A stretch of DNA of 64,000 bases from positions 310,001 to 374,000 of the forward strand of contig MCFH01000010.1 in NCBI GenBank assembly GCA_002104945.1, given 5' to 3'. The DNA is from Piromyces finnis finn (taxonomy: Eukaryota; Fungi; Neocallimastigomycota). This document shows, piece by piece, positions 33,516-48,615 of the stretch (position 1 is the stretch's first letter; every line of letters starts with the position of its first letter). The notes under the pieces were generated by a model, which searched no databases, was not told the origin of the DNA, and saw only the letters and a program-made list of their open reading frames with translations. The position numbers and the translations under genes are program-made.

Positions 33516-35765
33516 ATGAAATTTAATAAAGATAAATTGAAAATTCAATTAAATTTGGTAGGTCCTCGAATGGACATAATTCATAAAAAGAAAGTTTCTC
33601 TTAACATTATTGCTAAAAATGAAATAGCTAATTTATTGGAAAAAGGGAAAATTAATAATGCTCGAATTAAGGTTTATAAATAACATAATTTTTATATTTT
33701 GTATTGGTTTAAAGTTATTCGAAATTTAATTGAAATACTGTTGAAATAGTAATTAATTGGTATATAAAAAATAGGTTGAAACTATAATTAGAGATGATTT
33801 TTATATTGAATCATTAGAAATTCTTCAATTATCATTGGAATTACTAAATTCAAGATATAGCTTATTAAATGAAAAAAAGTAAAAAATAACTATAATATTT
33901 TATTATATATTAAATATATTAATAAAATATATATATATGTTAGTGTTGATGATCTAGCACTTTTAAGCGCAATTAAAACAATTATCTTTGCTGCACCAAG
34001 ATGCAACATTAAAGAAATAACAAAAGTAAGTTCAAATTATAAATAATTAAGTATAAAAATATATTTATATTAATATACATAGTTTTTTATTTTTAAATAA
34101 AAGATTAGTGAAATACTTCAAAACAGATTTGGCTCTAAATTTACAAAATTGGCCTTAAAGAATGCGGATAATGACATTAATGAAAAAGTAAAATAATTTT
34201 AAAACTAAATGCCCCTTATAAAATTTCAATAATAATAAGTTTTTTTTTTTTTCATTATTATTATTGTTGTTGTTGTTTATCAGATTTATCATAATTTCAC
34301 ATTAAAATGTATTGATAAAAACTTAATAGATCATTACTTAGAAGAAATTGCTACAATGTATAAAGTTGATTGTGAACTTACCCAAAAAATACAAGTATTA
34401 TTATATTTTATTATAATCTTTAAATAATTAGTAATTTTAATTTTCATTAATTTTAATTATAACAATTTTTTTATATATAGGAATTTAATATAACAAATAA
34501 TAGTAAAAATAATAATATTAAAAATAACATTAATAATAATGATAATGATAAAAATTTATCTTCACTTGATAACAATTTAAAGAATAATAAATATATTAAT
34601 AACCTTGATTCTGTTTTATTAGATAATAAAAATAATAATAATAATTCTAATAATAACAAAAATATAAAAATAGATGTATCAAAAGATGCTAGAAGCAATA
34701 ATATTAATAAAAATGTAGAAAGAAATATCAATTTCTATAAAGTAGATATTAATAATAGTAATGATGTAAAAAAGATTATAAATGATAAAAAGATTTATTC
34801 TCTCTGGAAAAAATTTAAGGGTATTGAAAGTGATAGTAGTGATGATATTTCCAAAACCAGTATTTCAAAAAAAAAGAATAGTAAATATCATATACATAAA
34901 TATAGTAATACCATATCATCATATAATAATAATATTGATGATAGTAGTGATAGTGATATTAGTAGTGATAAAAATGATTTTACGCATACTATAAATGGAC
35001 ACAATTCTAATAAAAATATAATACATACTAATTGTAACAATATAAACTTAAATAATAGATATGAATTTTTAGATGAAAGGAAATCAAATAATATAAATTA
35101 CTCATTGCCTGACATAAATTCTTATAGAATAAATACATTTATTCCTAACTCAAAAATATTACATAGACTAAATAATACATATAATGATCAAATTGACAAT
35201 TCAATAAAACAACCACCGATTAATTCATATCAAAATTTAATAAATCAATACAATAATTTTCCTCATTCTTCAAATTTAAAAAATAACCATACAAATTATC
35301 CTCATATTAACTCTTATCATCAAAATTATTGTAATAAGCAAGCACTATTAATTAATGATAATTTTATGCTAAGCAATAATAATTATTCGTTTGATTATCC
35401 CAATATTAATTTATTTCATCAAGTTGAAAATCCAACTTTTAAACCATCTCGTAAATCAATTAAAAATATAAATGAGGTATTTATAATATCGAAATTATAA
35501 AAACAAATATTTTGATTTTTGATTTTTAAAATATTAATTACTATCACATTCTCTCTTTTTTTTTTTTTTTAAGTTTATAAATAGTTTTCCATGTACACCT
35601 AAAGAACATGTCGATTATAATGATAATAAAAACTACCTAACAAATTCACATTCTTTAAAAAATTATAATATTAATGATAATTATAACCATCTAAATATAT
35701 GTTTGAATAATGATTGTTTCACCGACTTTAATAAAATTCAAAAAAATATAAATTATTATAAATAA
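33516..35765 (+). CDS. IST1: IST1 (ESCRT-III-like regulator of Vps4) with a long Asn-rich C-terminal region, multi-exon
   Basis: MKFNKDKLKIQLNLVGPRMDIIHKKK..AKNEIANLLEKGKINNARIK|VETIIRDDFYIESLEILQLSLELLNSR..AIKTIIFAAPRC..RFGSKF..YLEEIATMYKVD matches the Ist1 N-terminal domain. An open Asn-rich exon covers 34481-35476; the last exon is about 35574-35765. Confidence 0.88.
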
Positions 35766-36090
35766 ATAATTATATTTGAATTATATTTTAATAAATATAA
35801 AATTTTTATTTCTATTTTTATATAATAATAATAATATTTATTTCTTATAAAAATTTGTTTTTATTTTTTATATAATACAAATTTTTATAATTATAATACT
35901 TTTTCTATTGTAATTGTGATTTATTTAAATTGCTGAAAGTTAAGTTATTTAACTTTAAAAATTTTTAAATAAAAGGTAATTTTAATAAATCATTCTCAAT
36001 TATTGATTTATTGTCTACTAAATATATATATATATATATATATATTTTGCTTATTTAACTTATTCTTATTTATATTATTATTTCGTTTGT

Positions 36091-36123
<33 letters not shown>

Positions 36124-36245
36124 ATGTTTTAATTGGGAGTTTATTTTTAAATATCTCGATTAATTTTAAAAATTTCAATAATATAAATCTGTAAGTTAAA
36201 TAGTTGTAATAACATATTCTTACTAATAGTATTAATTAATGCAAA

Positions 36246-37370
36246 TTATTTATAGTGGAAACCATAATAATCTGAAACATCTTTGAAAATGTATTCCCAC
36301 TTACGAATAGCACGCTTGAAATATTTTGGAAAATCTAACCACACTGCATATGAAAATAAGATATAACAACAAATATTAGACATTGCCCAAAATAATGAAC
36401 GTGGGAATTCCAAGTAAAGGAAAGAAGATATAGCTGATATTAATTTTGAAATAACAAAAAGAATGGAAAAACTATTAATTATTTTAATTTATAAATAAAT
36501 TAAAAATAATATTAAAGAAAAAAAAAAAAAAAAGTTAATTTCAAAATCACATTTCGAATTTAAATTTTGGAAAATAACTTACGTATTTCTAACTAAAATT
36601 GGTACACTTGTTACATAAGAAACTGTTTATTAACATATGTAAAATAATAATAATATTTATTTATTTATTTCTAAAATAAAACATAAAAATAAAATAACTT
36701 AATTAATTAATTGAAGTATAGAGCATTTAATATTTACTGATTACAGCAGCTGCAAATAATGGGAAACTATCAATTAAAGAAATATGTAGAGCTTGAATTC
36801 TACTAACCATAGTACTCTTTTTAATAATTCTTATCCACTATATAAAAACATTATGATTTAATTAAATGTTTATTTAATTTTTTTTAACAAATTAATTAAT
36901 AAATTTCTTTATTAAAAATAGATTGTTAATATTACTCTCATAGATGGGGAATCATCGATTTCACTCTTTGATAAGATTTTTACAATGTAATCAAGAATGG
37001 TGAATACAAAGAAGGCATAAATACCAACCATTGCAAATGCAATGTTTTGCTTGCCTTTAAAATAATAAAAATTATTATTAGTTTTTAATTTTTGAAAATG
37101 GCTTTACCTTCATTTATCTTTAAAGTTTTTATTACATTTTAAATAATATAATAAAAATATGAAATTTTTATTTATTTATTCATTCATTCATTTATTAATC
37201 AAACACTTACCAATATATTTTTGGAGATAACGAACAATTATATTATTAATAACACCTGATGAAGTAATATGAAGTACTAAGCAACCTGCTAATGCATTAA
37301 CTAATGGATATGTTATTAATACTCCAAGTTGAGATAAACCTGTTCTAATAATTCCTCTATTACTACTCAT
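36246..37370 (-). CDS. MAPEG-superfamily-like small multi-pass membrane protein, multi-exon
   Basis: Several hydrophobic helices. DDSPSMR|W..SRIQALHISLIDSFPLFAAAVI resembles the MAPEG/YecN motif N.PR..RA.AAH.N..E.FP.FAAAV. The protein ends YYGFHYK*. Confidence 0.55.
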
Positions 37371-37724
37371 ATTCTTTGTAGATGATATTTTATTGTATAA
37401 ATATATTTAAATATTAATATTTTCTATTAATATATATAGATTTTTATCTATTGTATTTTTATTTCTAATTCTTATTTTATCCTTCGAAATGATTTTTATT
37501 AAATTAAATTTAATATAAAAAAAATTATATAAAATTTCTTTTTATATTTTTTATTTAATATATACTAAATAATTAAATAAAATTTTTATTATTTTAAGGT
37601 ACAGATACATAATATAATTATTGGATATATTTTATATTAAATTAAATTTTAAATAATTATTATATTTTTATATTTTTATTTATTAATTTTGTGTTTTAAT
37701 ATTAAATTTTATTAAATGATAAAT

Positions 37725-40700
37725 TTATTTTTTTGATCTTGAACTAATATGGGTTCTTCTATATGAACTTGAAAAATCTTGTAATACTCTTTGTAATTTT
37801 GAATTACCAATTTCAGCGGAAATTGCCCTATAATTTTATTAAAAAAAAATTTTTATAATCAGGATATATATTCTATAATAATAATAATAATAATAATAAT
37901 AATGTTCTAATAAATGAAGTCATAATAATAATTCTTACTCTTGATATTGTTCTATGAATTGATTAACTTCAATTTCAGAGACTTGATATGATAATAAAGA
38001 TTCCTTTATTAAACCAAATGATAAATCTGGCAAATAAAAAGTATGGTATTTTATTATAATTCCTATAGTAAGTATTTCTTCTCTTGGAAAATCATATAAT
38101 AATCCTTTAATCATTCTTGGAATAAGATTTTTTGAACTTTCTTGCAATATACTAGACATTTTTTGAAGTTCTTGTTCTGGAAGCTTATTTAATTGTAAAA
38201 TATTATGATTATTTTTATTATATTTAATATCAACAGCTATTGAAAAGAAAGTTTCAAAAAATTCTAATACAGATGATAAAGCTTTTGATTCCTCTGTTTC
38301 TAAACAAGCTATTGCACATTGATAAATTGAATTTATTTCAGGCATGTTTATAAATTGAACTGGGCATTTCTCAATCAATTTTACTAGCATTCTATAATAA
38401 TCTTCTACAACTATATAAAAAGTTTTTTTTATTCCATATCAATATAAATAACATTTAATATTTAAAAAATAAATTACTATAATATATATATTCTATAATA
38501 CCATCGGGATATTCAATTAGATTTTCCTTGTATGAAAACAAGGTAAATGATTTTTGACATAAATTAGATATCATTTCTTGTATTACTGGCCAAAATTGAT
38601 TAACGTCTTCTGAAAATACTTCAATAATATACTTCGCTAACCATAAATAACAAGAATAATTATAATTATTGTATAAATTAATTAATTGTTGACCAATTGG
38701 ATTAAGCATTGGAGCCATATATAATTTACACGATTTTAATGCATTAACTAAGCATCGACAAATACTCTCTGATATATTTTGAATATCTGATAAATTTGAA
38801 AATAGATATTCAAATACAAACCATAATGACTTTAATAAAGAAACACAAGGATGTTCATTTAATGTTATTGATTTTGGTTCAACATTTTTAAAGAAAACTC
38901 CTAATTGAGCAAGTAAATCTTTTATTGGAAATATTCATTAATATATATATATATTATTATTATTATTATTACTATATTCTAGTATTTATATATAAATATA
39001 TATATAATGAAAATAAAATTAATATACAATTTATAAGAAAATAAATAGAAATCTTACCTTTTATTTCTTTTGTTATTTTAACCATCTCTGATTCATCTGA
39101 AACTTTACCATTTACAGCAATTTCATTTAATTTTTGAGCTAATGGTAAACAGAAATGTTGAAGATTCTCGAGAAGTTTATCTTCCGGTAATGCTGATAAA
39201 ACATGAGATATAGCTGCTGTCACCTCTAACCTATCTCTTGGTTCGAGTTTTTGCATCATTGTTAAATAGAATGGATGCAATTGTTCTATATAATTAATTA
39301 ATAATACACCACATGATTCACAAATATATTTTAAAGACATAGCTGCCGCGGCTTCACACTCTTCTTCATCGAAACCAGATGTAACATAAGTTAATTGGAA
39401 AGGAATATATTGTGGATGTTTTTCTGTCCAAAAAGAATAACGGCCTATTACTAAGATAGAAGCGTATTTAATTTTAGAATGAGTTATGAATTCTGGAAAT
39501 AGGTCCATTATTTTTGGCATAACTTCATTTTCATCAGCTGATACAACCTTTCCCATTGCTCTTAATGAAAAAAGAGGTGCTTCTAAATTTTGCCATGGTA
39601 AATTTGGATTCTGTTTAGATTCTTGAACAAAGTTATTGATTAAAGTGTATGGAACCATCAGAGATTCCTTACATCCCAATACCATGCAACAATCCTTTAA
39701 TACATCCCCCATATTATGACGGAAATCACTAAATTCATCGCGTTCCATTGATGTCCAATCATTTTGATCCTCTGGATAATGTAATCTATTGATAATAATA
39801 CTAATAAGATTTCTATATATTTCATAAAATTGGGATTTATAAGTACTATACTCAGGTTCATTAATTTTTCTTTGTAACCTATACCAAAAATTATAAGTAA
39901 TTGGAATGATTTCAAATGGAGAACTTGCTGCGCATTCCAATAAGCCTTCAACAATTCCTTTAAATGCATTATAATTCTTGACAATCAATTCTAAGTATGA
40001 TTCTCCAGATTCTGCAAATATTCTACAAATTCCTTTAACAGTTTCTTCATCATCTTTAGATTGAACTAAAAATTCTTGTAATGATACTAAATGAACGTAT
40101 ATAATTTCAATTATTTGTATATTTTCTTGAATATCAGAAGAATTATATATAATTTCTTCTATTAAATCTACTGCCACATCAAATAGTCTAATATTATTAA
40201 TTGAAGAAAATGCCATATTAATAAATGGGGTATTAAGTAAGGACATAACTTTTATATCCTTTGATTTAATCCAGCTTAATAAGCAATTCATAATATTTTC
40301 TTGTAATTTAAAATTCCCCTCTTTTCAAATATTTTAAAATACATTAAATTATTAGTTTATATTATATATATTTAAATTATAAATTCATAACACACCTGAA
40401 TTTTGTAAATATAATGTTAATAGTTGTAATACACTTTCTGAGTTTTGTCCCAATAAAATATCAGCCCTATCATTTAATTCTGAAATCTAAAAATAAAAAT
40501 ATTTTCATATAATGATTTTAATTTTTTAAGTTTATTTTAAAAGGGCTAAATAAATTTCAATTTATTTTACTTATTAATAAATCTACTGTTAAAAAAACAA
40601 TATAAATCAATACCTCCATTGGAATATTTTCATTATATAATATTTCTTCTGGCAATACAATCAAAAATTCTAACAAACAATTAACCATTTCTTCATTATT

Positions 40701-41427
40701 CCCAAAAAGTTCTAATAAGTGTTGAATTGGATTATCCCATGATTTAGTTAAAATGGATAAATCAGCAATTGAAATGCATAATTGAGTTATAATGATTTTT
40801 GGTCCGTTGCGATATAAATGAAGTAATTCTATTAATGAATTAAATAGTGATTGTCTTGCTGTTTCATCAAGTTGTTTGAGATCATATATAATCTATATAT
40901 ATATAAAAGATTGAAATAATCTGAGAAAAAGGAAATAGCAGACAAAATTATAAATATTATTATAAACAACAAATTTTTAATAATTACTTTTTTCTTAAAA
41001 GTTTGAGCAGCAAATATTTTTGCCTCATCATTAACATTTTCACTTCTTAATATTTGATCTGATATTGTCCATGCTTCAGGCTTTATATGTACATTTATTA
41101 AAAATTAAATAATCAATATAAAAAAACGAGAATAAAAATTAATTATTACATTATTATCTTCAATATATAATTTTCAAAATGGATTTTCATTTAATTATTA
41201 ATATAACTATTATTATTATCAATAATTGTAATTACAATTATAATAATAATTATTATAAGATAATTAATGACATTATTATTAATAATATATTATATTGTTT
41301 TAATGAATTAAATTCTAACCAATTTTTGAAAATCTTCTAAATAATTTGTAGCTTCTTTTCTTTTTTTCCTATCTTTGGATTTATACATAGAATCAATGGC
41401 ATCAAAAACTACAGATATGTCATCCAT
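37725..41427 (-). CDS. MTR10: Transportin-3 / Mtr10 importin-beta family nuclear import receptor, multi-exon
   Basis: Motifs REEATNYLEDFQK|PEAWTISDQIL..KIFAAQTFKKK|IIYDL, GPKIIITQLCISIADL, LLEFLIVLPEE, ERDEFSDFRHNMGDVLKDCC, WQNLEAPLFSLRAMG, and C-terminal LQDFSSSYRR. ATG at 41427, stop at 37725-37727. Confidence 0.93.
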
Positions 41428-42244
41428 TCTGTTATATTATTTAGTATATATATGTATATAATGGAGATTTCTAAGGTTCAATACTACAATTAAAAAATTT
41501 AATTTGTCTGGTATTCAATTCTTCAATATAAAATGAAATGACAAGTAATGAATACCTCTAAAACATTTCATTAACTAAAATAATTTTAATTATTTTTTTT
41601 GCCTTCATTATTTATATTCTTTCAATTAATATAATTAATATATATTAAAAAATTAAATTAATTATACAAAATACAATTAAAATATATTACTTAATATATT
41701 TTTTTATTTTAATATAAATCTAAAAAATATTAAATTTTTTAATTATTATTATTAATAAATATTCTCGACAATTTGAGGTAGATAATATTTAAAACTTGCT
41801 AATATTTTAAATATTTAAAAAGAAACTATCACACAATATATAGCAATATTGTGATTTGTATTATAATTTCTATTAAATATAATGATTTTATAATATTGAT
41901 ATTCATACCATAGTATTCATTTTAAAAACAAAATCATTAATTTAAATCTTTCAAACTTAAATAATAATAAAATAAAAAAAAAGGTTACTTCAAAGTGTAA
42001 TATTATCAATCTTGTTATTTATTATAAAATATAAAATTAAATAATATTTAAAATTCAATAATAGTAATTATATTTTGATTTTTGTGAAAAACGAAAAATT
42101 ATAATTTTAACATAATAAAAATTTTAATTATAACACTTTCAATTTTAATACAATTTAACTTTTTCATTCTCGTTTTTTATAAAAAAAAAATTAAAGGAAA
42201 TATAAATGAACACTTAATTTATTTTATAAGAAATAAATTTTTGT

Positions 42245-42279
<35 letters not shown>

Positions 42280-42310
42280 AATAAAAAAAATTATAATATA
42301 TATAGATAGT

Positions 42311-45300
42311 ATGACTTGCATAAATAATAAAAAGGATTATTTAAATAATATCGACAAAAATGACAACCATAATCCTATTCGTAAAATATGTATAACTAGA
42401 AAAAGAAATAGAAACAAAAATGATATTAAATTATTTCTATATAATAAAAATTATGATACATATAATAATATTATGAATATAAATTATCCAAACATTTATA
42501 AAGTCAAATTTTTAAATGAAAATAATAAAAAAAAAGATAATATTATTTTAAGTAAATATGATTTATCATCATTACCAAAACAAGATATATCGAAAGATTC
42601 ATTTATTGAAGATGATGATTATTTTAATGAGTTAATAAAAAAAAAACAAAATAATAGACAACCATTAGAAAGGAGGAAGCAATCTATATCAGGTTAATAA
42701 ATATAATAATTAATGAATATATAAATAGAAATAGATAATTAATAATTTCATTAATACTTAGGTAAAATATATGAAAAAGAATATTATCAAGAAGGAAGTG
42801 ATAAAAAAAGAATTATTAAAAGTAAATATGTCGAGATATTGCCCGAAAAAAAGGACAGTATAAGGTAATAATTCATTAAAATTATATAGTTAAATAACAG
42901 TAATAATAAAGATATTTATACACAAATCTCATTTTTTTATTATTATTATTATTATTTTTATATATGTTAAAGGGCAAAATTGGTTAAATTAAATTATTCA
43001 TCTAGAAAATCACAATCCAATAATAAATATGATTTTTATGGAGAAAACTGTAGTTTTTTAAATAAGAATATTAATACTTTTGATAATGATGCTGATGATG
43101 AATGTCTATATCAAGATAAGGAATTTGTGTCGGAAGTGAAAAGAAGAAACCGTATATATAAAAACAATAATAATAATATTCTCTTTTTAAATACTTCCCT
43201 TTTTAAGAAAAAAATAGATGATGTTCATGAAAAAGAAAACCCATCATTAATGAAAGTCGATGAGTTAGACATTAATAAGACAGAAAAAAAAAACTGGAAA
43301 CAAAATATATTAAAAAAACAATTAGAAACATTAAATGAAGTTAATGATAAAGCTCAAGTATCTAAATATAGAAAAGCCGAATCCCTAGAGAATATAGATA
43401 AAAATGATTATAAATATAGAGAAATACTATCAACAAATAGCAAGTTATCATATAATGATGACATTTTTGATGATGAAAAAATTACAATCTTTAAAAATTT
43501 CAATATTGAAAACAATGATAATGAAATATTTGATAATGAAAATAAATATAGTGTTTCTGAAATAAAAAGCAGAGAAATAAATTTTGACAGAAGTATAAAT
43601 GGGTTAAATATTGATCCTATTATATATAGGAATTCATTTAATGAAAGACCATCTTTAGTAAACCATTTATATCATCATAAACAATCAAAAGAAATATTTA
43701 ATATAAGTAACAAGCCAATTGAAAGAACTATTACTAATAGAAAAGTTTATTCTGACAAAAAAAATGATAATAAAACTTTATTAAATATAAATAGTCGTGA
43801 TTACATCGAAAACCATGAATCTGATATAGATTCTATTGACGAATTTTTATTAGATATTGATATGGAAAATAATATATCTAAATTAAAAGATCTTTCATTA
43901 AAAAATAGGTCTGAAGATTGTATAGATAAAATGCTAATGAATTATCATGACGATATACATCAAAGTAAAATTAGATTTAATTTAGGTAGTGAAAACACAA
44001 TAGATGAAAAACAAAAGAATTTAGAGCTACAAAGTGTTCCTTCAACACCAGATTCGAAAAAAGGACAAAGAGGAAAATCTCCAAAAACAAGTTCAGGAAA
44101 AACTCCAAATCAAAAGATTCCATCTCAAAAATCAACAAAAAAAAGTAATAATAATATTATAACTGAAACTAATGATAAAAAACATAATAATAATGTTATC
44201 ATTAATTTACCTGATCAACATTCAGACAATATAGAATTAAGTAGCAATAATAACAGTAATATAAATAAAACAGTAGAGATACCATTAGCTACTCCAAATA
44301 AATCAGGAATACTTGATTTAGATCTTTTAAAACCAATTAAAAATAAAGAAATAGAATATATTATTAACCTTAATGACAGTATACCATTTAAAGAAAAACT
44401 TATTTCTTTTAGATATTTTCAATTAGAAGTTAATAAGTTAATTAAAAAACTAAAGGAGGCTGAAGATAAAAAGAAAAAAGAGGAAATTTTAAGAAAAAAG
44501 AAAGAGGAAGATATGGAATTGATAAATTTATTAAAAAGAATCCATGATGAACATCAGCAAGATACAGTGATTATTCAAGAGCAAGAAGCATCAAAAAAAG
44601 GCTACAAAAAAATTAAAAGAATACCATCTGATACTCAAGATAAAAAAGGAAATTCAATTTTAAGTCCTAATAACAATAACTTAACTGTAAATTCAAATTC
44701 AAATGGAAATGAGAAAGGTGAAAAAGGACTATCTATAAATAGTGTTTTCCATATAACTATGCTTGTAAGTAATATAAAAAATCAGATTTCTAATAAAGCA
44801 AAAGAGTGTAATGATAATGTAAACAATAAAAATGCAGCTGCAATTGGTAATTAAAACATAAATATATCATTTAAGTTATATAATTAGAGTATATTATTTA
44901 AATTTATATATTAGAAATAAATAACATTTTGAATAAATAAAAAAAAATAAAATTTTTTTAGATGAAATGGAAACTGCAGAAGAAGAAAAAGAAGATGAAG
45001 AAGAAACTTTAAATAAATATTATTTAAAATTAATTGAAGCAAAAAAGAAATTACAATTAGAAGAAAAAAATTTAGCTGTGTTAAAACAATATGATGAAAA
45101 TTTAAAAGAAAAGCTTAAAAATAAAATAAAACAAAATATTTTACAATATGAAGTTTTGAATATAAAAAAGTATTATAAAAGTAAAGATACTATCAATATA
45201 TATAATATGTCTTCAAAACATTCAAATAAAGTTGAATCTAAAATTTTTAAAAATATATCAAACACTGGATCTCTTATAGATTTCAAAACTATTAATAAAA

Positions 45301-45913
45301 TAAATAGTTCACTCCATAATTCATTAGCGAAACCCTCTTATAATGACTATATCATTAAAGCATCCAAAAAAGGTGATAATAAAGCAATAAATTCAAATAA
45401 CTCCAATAGTATCAACAACAATAAAAATAATGATAGTGACAAAAGTAATGATATTGAAAATAGTTTATTAAATTCAGATTTTTATAAAATCTTTTCTAAA
45501 TCACATCCGTCTAAATTTAAAAATCCAATTGAGCAAGTTAAAACAGTTTCTGATGTCACATTGCCAACAATAGCTGATTATAAAAATAAAGTATATTATC
45601 ATAATCATAGAGTAATAGATTTGAATAAAGTAGAAAGTAATTTAATTAGTAATAGTAAAAACAGAGACAATAATAATCGTATAGGTATATATTATCTTTC
45701 TATCCTATATATTATTAATAATAAAAACATTCTAATTTTTTTTTTCATTTTGTTCTAATCTTTTATTATTATCTATATTTAATTAAATATATATAAGAAT
45801 CTTTTGCATTTAATAATGTATATAGAAATAAAAGTATAAAAAGTAATAATAATATAATTAAATTTAGTCCTCAAGAAAACAATATGTTTAAAATTGCTCA
45901 AAGCTCAAAATAA
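42311..45913 (+). CDS. Hypothetical Asn/Lys-rich protein with coiled-coil segments, multi-exon
   Basis: Long open exons (42311-42690, 42970s-44848, 44960s-45684) are joined by plausible GT-AG introns, and a final exon ends AQSSK* at 45913. I recognise no domain. Confidence 0.6.
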
Positions 45914-46585
45914 TCATATTATTTTAAAAATTTTAAAATAAATTATAATATTGTAAGATATAAGATTTATAAATTTATAAATTATATACAATATTTTTTG
46001 ATAATATTACCACTATCTTAACCAGCAATTATTTTTTTATATTGAATAAGAAAATAATAATTATCAATCATAATTATTGCATTATTACTATGATATATAT
46101 TTTTATATCAATTAATAATATATATATTCATCATATAATAAATAAAAGTTTTAGAATTTATAAACCTATCAATATATATGTAAGCTAATAACTACTTAAC
46201 TACTTATTCTTTTTAGTTTTTAATTTTATATATTTGTAAATAATTATTTTATTTATTTATTTATTTATTTATTTATATATCTACAAATATTTGAAATATT
46301 TGATTATTATTCTTTTTTTTTTTTTTTTTTTTTAATATTTTTATTTTATAAAAATTATTTTTTGATGTATAATATATTAAATTTTATTTATTTAGTATAG
46401 TTTACAAATAATGAATAACTTTTATATATATTAGAATTGCTATTTTATTTACTTTAATAGCATTCTTAAATTAATGTGTTGTTTTATAAAATTTTAATTA
46501 TTCAAGTACATTTATTTAAAAATATCATTTAATTGTTGTATAAATTATTATTTAATATATGCATTAATGTTTATTATTAAATGGT

Positions 46586-46890
46586 TTACCAAATATTATC
46601 TTCTTCTGAATTTCTTCCAAACCAAAATACCATTGAACTAAATATATTATATTTATACATATTATTAAAAATAAAGCTAATTAGTGACTGTTATTAATTT
46701 AGTAAAATTTGAATATATTAAATATTTACCTAACAAATATTAAAACATTTTGTATAACAATTGTACTACCACAATATATAGCTTGGCTATCTAAATGTGG
46801 TATTACATACTCCATAATGAAAATTGTCTTTTAAAAAAATATAGTAATTCAATATTTTAATTATAATGAAAACATTTTATGAGTAATTTT

Positions 46891-46929
<39 letters not shown>

Positions 46930-47419
46930 ATATATATTTACTAATGAACTTCCTAAAGCAGCAAGAGCTAAAGATACACCAATGAAAGCACATAATTTAG
47001 CATCTCTTGAATATTCGTAATCTCCATCACCATTTAAAGCTTCTTGATTAATTAAATTTATACTATAATTTATGTTAATTTTATTAAAAATGAAGTAGCT
47101 TCTTTTAATTTTATAAACAAGTTCAAACATACATTATCAATGCTAATGTTGAAATTATTCCAGGTAACCAATCCCAAATACCAATTGAAACATGTTTTTC
47201 ATTTTCAAAATTATTATATTTTGAATAGATAAGACCGTCAAAAAAAAACCACCAACCTACGGTGAATAAAATTCCACTTGTATATCCAACAATTGTTGAA
47301 CGTGAAGGAAGTATATTATATATACAAAAGCAATATTTCGATATATCAAAATTGAACGGTGAAGAATATTCTGTATTGACTGTATTATACATATCTAAAG
47401 GTTGATAACGAGTTGACAT
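46586..47419 (-). CDS. VPS68: Vps68 / TMEM50 (UPF0220) four-TM sorting protein, multi-exon
   Basis: Motifs VGYTSGILFTVGWWFFFDG, DWLPGIISTLALIM, LINQEALNGD..DAKLCAFIGVSLALAALGSSL, IQNVLIF and SSMVFWFGRNSEEDNIW*. Confidence 0.88.
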
Positions 47420-48615
47420 TTTTAACTTTCAGAATTATTATATATGATGTTATCGGTGAAAAAATAAAAATTTAATTTTAATTTATATTAAATGTTTTAT
47501 TTCATAAATTTCCAATATTATTTATTTTAATTTATTTATGTTATATTTAATGACTTTCTATAAAATTATTTTATTTTTTTTTTCTTTTTTTTTTTAAATT
47601 ATTTTTTATCTATAATTATTATCAAAATTTATTCTATATATTGTCCATTTTATCTATTATATTGTTTATACTTACATTTATTAATTTTATATATTATTTT
47701 ATTATTTTTATACTACTTTTTATATTTTTGATTTTGTTGTTGTTATTATTTATTTATTTAAATTTCCTTTTCTTTTTTATTTTATTTTTTATTTTTTTAG
47801 TAAATTAAAATGATAAAAAAGATTTTCACAATAGTTTTGTCTATTTTTTTTTTTTTTAATATAAATTTTATATTGAAAAAAAAAAAATATAAAAAATTTA
47901 ATTTTAAAATGTATAATTTTTAGGGTTTTGAACTTTAAATTATATTAAAAATTACTTTTTCTTAATTAAAAAGTTAAAGTCTATTTTTTCTTTTTTCAAA
48001 AATAATTTTGCTTAAGCTTTGTTTTTTTTTTTTCTTTTTTGAAAAAAAAAAAAAAAATATTTCAATAACACATATTTATATTTCATATTACAATAAAAGC
48101 ATTAATTATCTTTTAGTATAAAAATATAAAAATTAAATATTAAACATAAAATATTTGAAATAAGAATATCTTGGATTTATTAGTAATAACCTTTTATAAT
48201 CTTCATAATTCATAATTCCAACTAAAATAATTACCTTATTTAAATAATTAATATTAAGATTTAAAAATAGTAAATGGAAATATATTATTTCATAACTATA
48301 TATAATTAATATCACATATAGTAAAAGGAAATTATTTTTAATATCTTATAAATTTGAAATAAAATGAATTATTTTATAATTAAATAAATAAATAAATTAT
48401 ATATTTTTGAGGATTTGGATTTTATTTTTATTTTGATATTAAATTATATAATCATTTTTAACTTTTTTTATACTTTATTCATATCATTGGATTAATGATA
48501 ATTAAATATTATTTATATAATTTTAATGTTTTAATATTTATTAGATGAATTTAAAAATTTCATTACTACTAAGAAATAAATAAATACTGAAAAAAAAAAC
48601 ACATTTTAAATTAAT

